From Phaeosaccion multiseriatum (lineage: Eukaryota; Protista; Ochrophyta, other classes), in contig OZ218953.1 of NCBI GenBank assembly GCA_965112735.1, positions 3,596,001-3,660,000 on the forward strand: a stretch of 64,000 bases of DNA, read 5' to 3'. A program made the translations under genes and the position numbers. This document shows, in pieces, positions 60,265 to 64,000 of this stretch (positions are counted from its first letter, which is position 1; the number at the start of each line of letters is the position of its first letter). The notes beneath the pieces are model-generated. The model was not told where the DNA came from. It saw nothing but the letters and a program-made list of their open reading frames with translations, and ran no database searches.

Positions 60265-63200
60265 ATGCCTCTCATCGTCGAAGACGACGAGAGCGCCAAG
60301 CCGGCGGCCAAGTACAGGGTCGTTCCCAAGCCCTATCGACAGACGGCCCCGAGACTTAAGGACCCCTACCATATCCCTATCCACCAGGCGACGCACTTCA
60401 GTGAAGCAGAGAGAAGCAGCTTGCTGGAGTATTGCCGTGCTCTCGATGAGGAGGAGGATGGGTGCGTCAAGGTGGAGGGCATCGAGGGTGCGTTGCGGTG
60501 CATCGGCGAGCCTCAGATCCTGAGCCTGGTGAGGAAGGAGCTTATCTCGCTGGTCCAAAGTCGAACACACTTGGCTGATCGTGCTCACCGAAAGCAGCGG
60601 CCGGGTAGCGCGAAGGCCAGGCTTTCACAAGGCACTGTGTCAACTGGAGGAGGGCTGGAACATGAGGCGGAGGAGGAGCTGAGAGCAGCAGCGGCAGCAG
60701 GTGACACCACCATCGACACCGTGTCCTTCGCAGACCTCGTGCATGTCGTGGTGAGCATCCGCGAAGGACGCAACGTGTGGGGCGGCAGGCGCAGCATCCG
60801 CGACAACTACATTCACCTCCCCCCGTGCTGCAAGAGTAACTACTGCGCTGCGCACCTGGAGCGGCCCCCCACCAACCACTTCGACGACGCAGCCGACCTG
60901 CAGAAGGGCGTGCTCATGATCATCTTTCGCAGGCACGACGTGGACGACAGCGGCGCCCTCGAGTTCGAAGAGCTCCCCAAGATATTGTGCGTGAGTGAGT
61001 GCACGTGGCCAGAGCGAGCGGGACCTTGGGGCACATGGCGGGGACATCTTGTCTTTGGCCCTGCTTAACTTCTTGTCTTCTGACCTTTCGTGCTTGCTCC
61101 CCGCCCCGCTCTGCTGTGCCTTCCTTCCTTCAGCGAGAGCTTCGGCATCCCCTACGACACCAAGAAGCTCAGGGACACCTTCACGCAGTACGACGTGGAC
61201 AACAGCGGAGAGCTCGACTTCCAGGAGTTCACAGCCATGGTTAAGGACCTCAAGGTCAGCATGTCAGTAGGGTAGCCCGATCTAGGTCAGCCCGCTTAGC
61301 ACGCTGGTCAACGAGGTGATAAGGTCACACGGCGGGGGAGGAGGCGGGAGGAAGGGAATCGAGAGGAAGGGCATCGAGTCCGATGGGCAGAGGCGCAGAG
61401 CAGTGGGGGCGAAAGACTCCCCCTTGAGCCTGGGGCGGGGTGACCGCATCATCTGTTCCATTGCCGCTTGCCCACTTTCTCGCTTGTCTTTGTGGGTCCC
61501 TCCCTCTCTCCCTCCATCCCTCCTTCCATCCCTTCCCTCCCTCCTTCCCTCCCTCCCTCCCTCCCTCCCTCCCTCCCTCCCTCCCTCCCTCCCTCCCTCC
61601 CTCCATCCCTCCCTCCCTCCCTCCCTCCCTCCCTCCCTCCCTCCCTCCCTCCCTCCCTCCCTCCCTCCCTCCCTCCCTCCCTCCCTCCCTCCCTCCCTCC
61701 CTCCCTCCCTCCCTCCCTCCCTCCCTCCCTCCCTCCCTCCCTCCCTCCCTCCCTCCCTCCCTCCCTCCCTCCCTCCCTCCCTCCCTCCCTCCCTCCCTCC
61801 CTCCCTCCCTCCCTCCCTCCCTCCCTCCCTCCCTCCCTCCCTCCCTCCCTCCCTCCCTCCCTCCCTCCCTCCCTCCCTCCCTCCCTCCCTCCCTCCCTCC
61901 CTCCCTCCCTCCCTCCCTCCCTCCCTCCCTCCCTCCCTCCCTCCCTCCCTCCCTCCCTCCCTCCCTCCCTCCCTCCCTCCCTCCCTCCCTCCCTCCCTCC
62001 CTCCCTCCCTCCCTCCCTCCCTCCCTCCCTCCCTCCCTCTCTCCCTCCCTCCCTCTCTCCCTCCCTCCCTCCCTCCCTCCCTCCCTCCCTCCCTCCCTCC
62101 CTCCCTCCCTCCCTCCCTCCCTCCCTCCCTCCCTCCCTCCCCCCCTCTCTCTCTCTCCCTCCCTCCTTCCCCCTCTCCCCCCCTCTCCTTCACCCTCGAC
62201 CCTCGACTCTTTGTCTGTCTACGCTGCACCGCACAACACCGCACTGCAGGCGATGAACGCCCTCACGGAGGGGCGCATGGCAACGTATGATCTCCCTCCC
62301 GGCCTGCGTAGTGAGTTCACCAAGGCCGAGATCGAGACGCTCATGGTCAACTTCGGCCTCTTTGACGACTCCGGGGACGGCGCCATCGACGAGGGTGAGA
62401 GTTGGAGGAAGGAGGGGTAAGGGGAATAGGGCCATGATAGCACAAGCGCGAGGAGGTGGGGTGTTGGGTTGGGCTCGACTTCTGAGGGCTTTCGCCGAGG
62501 CGTTTCGTACGCCCGCTTCCGCCACACAGCTACGGCTACAGGGACGCCCGCCCTTCTCTCTTCATGCAAGCGTAACGCCCCCTCCCCTACCTCTCCCTCC
62601 CTCCTCCTTCCTCCTCCCTCCTCCTCCCTCCTCCTCCCTCCTCCGCCCTCCTCCTCCCTCCTCCTCCCTCCCCCTCCCTCCTCCGCCGTCCTCCCTCCTC
62701 CTCCTCCTCCTCCTCCTCCTCCTCCTCCTCCGCCGTCCTCCTCCTCTTCCTCCTCCTCCTCCTCCTCCTCCTCCTCCTCCTCCTCCTCCTCCTCCTCCTC
62801 CTCCTCCTCCTCCTCCTCCTCCTCCTCCTCCTCCTCCTCCTCCTCCTTCTCCTTCTCCTCCTCCTCCTCCTCCTCCTCCTCCTCCTCCTCCTCCTCCTCC
62901 TCCTCCTCCTCCTCCTCCTCCTCCCTTCTCCGCCTCCCTCCTCTTCCTCCTCCTCTCCCTCCCTGCAGTGGAGTTGGAGCAGCTTCTGAGGAACTTTGGT
63001 CAGAACCCCACCAAAGAGAAGGTGAGCGAACTTGTGCTAACATGCGAAGGACACCATTTTCTGTATCACCAACGGGTACCCAAGGAGGGGCGAACAGATG
63101 GAGGGCACGCCTGGAGGGCACGCCTGCTGACTAAACGCTTGCTGATTTCACTTCTTCGCTTCTGTAACCGACCGATCAACCGGTCGCGTGTCTACCCTAC

Positions 63201-63784
63201 CCCTACCCCTACCCGTGCTGTGTGTGTGTTTGTGCGTTTGCGGATGCGTGCGTGTGTGCGTGCGCATGCCCCGTAGGTACACGAGGTGATGGAGGAGATT
63301 GACTACGACCGAAACGGCACCATCGACTTTAAAGAGTTTGCAGCCCTCATGCTCAAGGTCAGGGACGGGCTTGTTGACTTGGACGACTCCGCTTTCGGCA
63401 GGGCAGTCATGAACAGTGCAACGGCCAGTCTGCTCAGCGGGCAGGTCAGCAGGCTGCAGGAGCCGGAGCATGCGGTGAGTGAGCGAGGAGGAGGAGGGGA
63501 AGGAGAAGGAGGGCTCTTGAACCGAAATCGAACCTCTGCCGCTCATGGAGGAGCTTGTTCTGTCCCCTTGCCCCTCTGCTGACTTGTGACCCTCTGCTGC
63601 CTTCCTCCCCCTGACAGGTGGAATGGTGTGGCCCTTATCGCATCACCGCAGTGCGGCCGGCAACGTGCGATGTGTGCGTGAGGGGCCCGGCGGGGAGTGT
63701 GTACGAGGGGGGCACCTTCCGCCTCGAGATCATCGTCAACGACGGTTTCCCCTACGTGCCCCCCCACGTCAAGTTCCGAAACAG
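60265..63784 (+). CDS. Multi-EF-hand protein fused to a ubiquitin-conjugating (E2/UBC) domain; 3' end outside the window
   Basis: EF loops: DVDDSGALEFEE, DVDNSGELDFQE, DDSGDGAIDEVE, DYDRNGTIDFKE, with a calmodulin-like GQNPT linker. The in-phase exon 63618-63784 encodes GPAGSVYEGGTFRLEIIVNDGFPYVPPHVKF. An additional upstream exon is possible. Confidence 0.85.
61500..62180. repeat. ~650-bp (CCCT)n microsatellite, intronic
   Basis: Directly visible. Confidence 0.97.
62580..62962. repeat. (CCT)n-rich tract directly before an intron acceptor
   Basis: Directly visible. The acceptor CAG is at 62966-62968. Confidence 0.95.
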
Positions 63785-64000
63785 GTACGGGTCGTAGTAG
63801 CACATAGGGTGGGGGGGGGGGGTTGAGGTGTACAGGTCTGTGCCTGCTGACGGTCAGCACATGACGGATGGGTGCCTCTTTCTTTCTTTCACATTCCTCT
63901 CTCCTCGTGTCCTTGATGGCGACCTCTGTATCGCCTCGGAAACCTGTTCATCCCTTCGACTGCCATCGATCGCAGCGCCCCCCTCCCTCCTGAGCACCAT

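Noticed and set aside
61282-63276. PPSL/GGRE-repeat and poly-P/E ORFs
   Set aside because: These are translations of intronic (CCCT)n and (CCT)n tracts.

Overview
Eukaryotic nuclear DNA: GC-rich, gene-dense, with GT-AG introns and many microsatellites. A protist or algal origin, probably stramenopile, is inferred from gene content and not proven. The first ~2.6 kb is transposon debris (a decayed Ty3/gypsy RT-RNase H fragment and a 67-bp-stem hairpin). Fifteen protein-coding genes follow, reconstructed by hand from splice-site phase: a J-domain protein, an ankyrin-repeat protein, a UBAC2-like protein, a large ZZ-finger protein with an internal repeat, a Sen15-like protein, a type II membrane protein ending in poly-Asp-WWW, an IQ-C2-PH protein, an unknown helical protein, a PPR-Smr protein, a DUF4807-like protein, an ABCB half-transporter, an MTH1-like Nudix hydrolase, a CCT-domain protein, a giant glycan-modifying membrane protein, and an EF-hand/E2 fusion cut off by the window end. 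The main finding is the 16-exon, ~1,960-aa minus-strand gene at 49416-59763. It fuses a signal peptide, a Cas1/TBL-like SGNH-type domain, an acyltransferase-3 membrane domain and a GT91/GH130-like beta-propeller, and all 15 splice junctions are in phase. Also notable are a two-copy TIR-bounded MITE-like element and a dispersed structured ~70-nt element. No rRNA, tRNA or CRISPR array was recognised. Domain calls come from motif recognition, not database searches.
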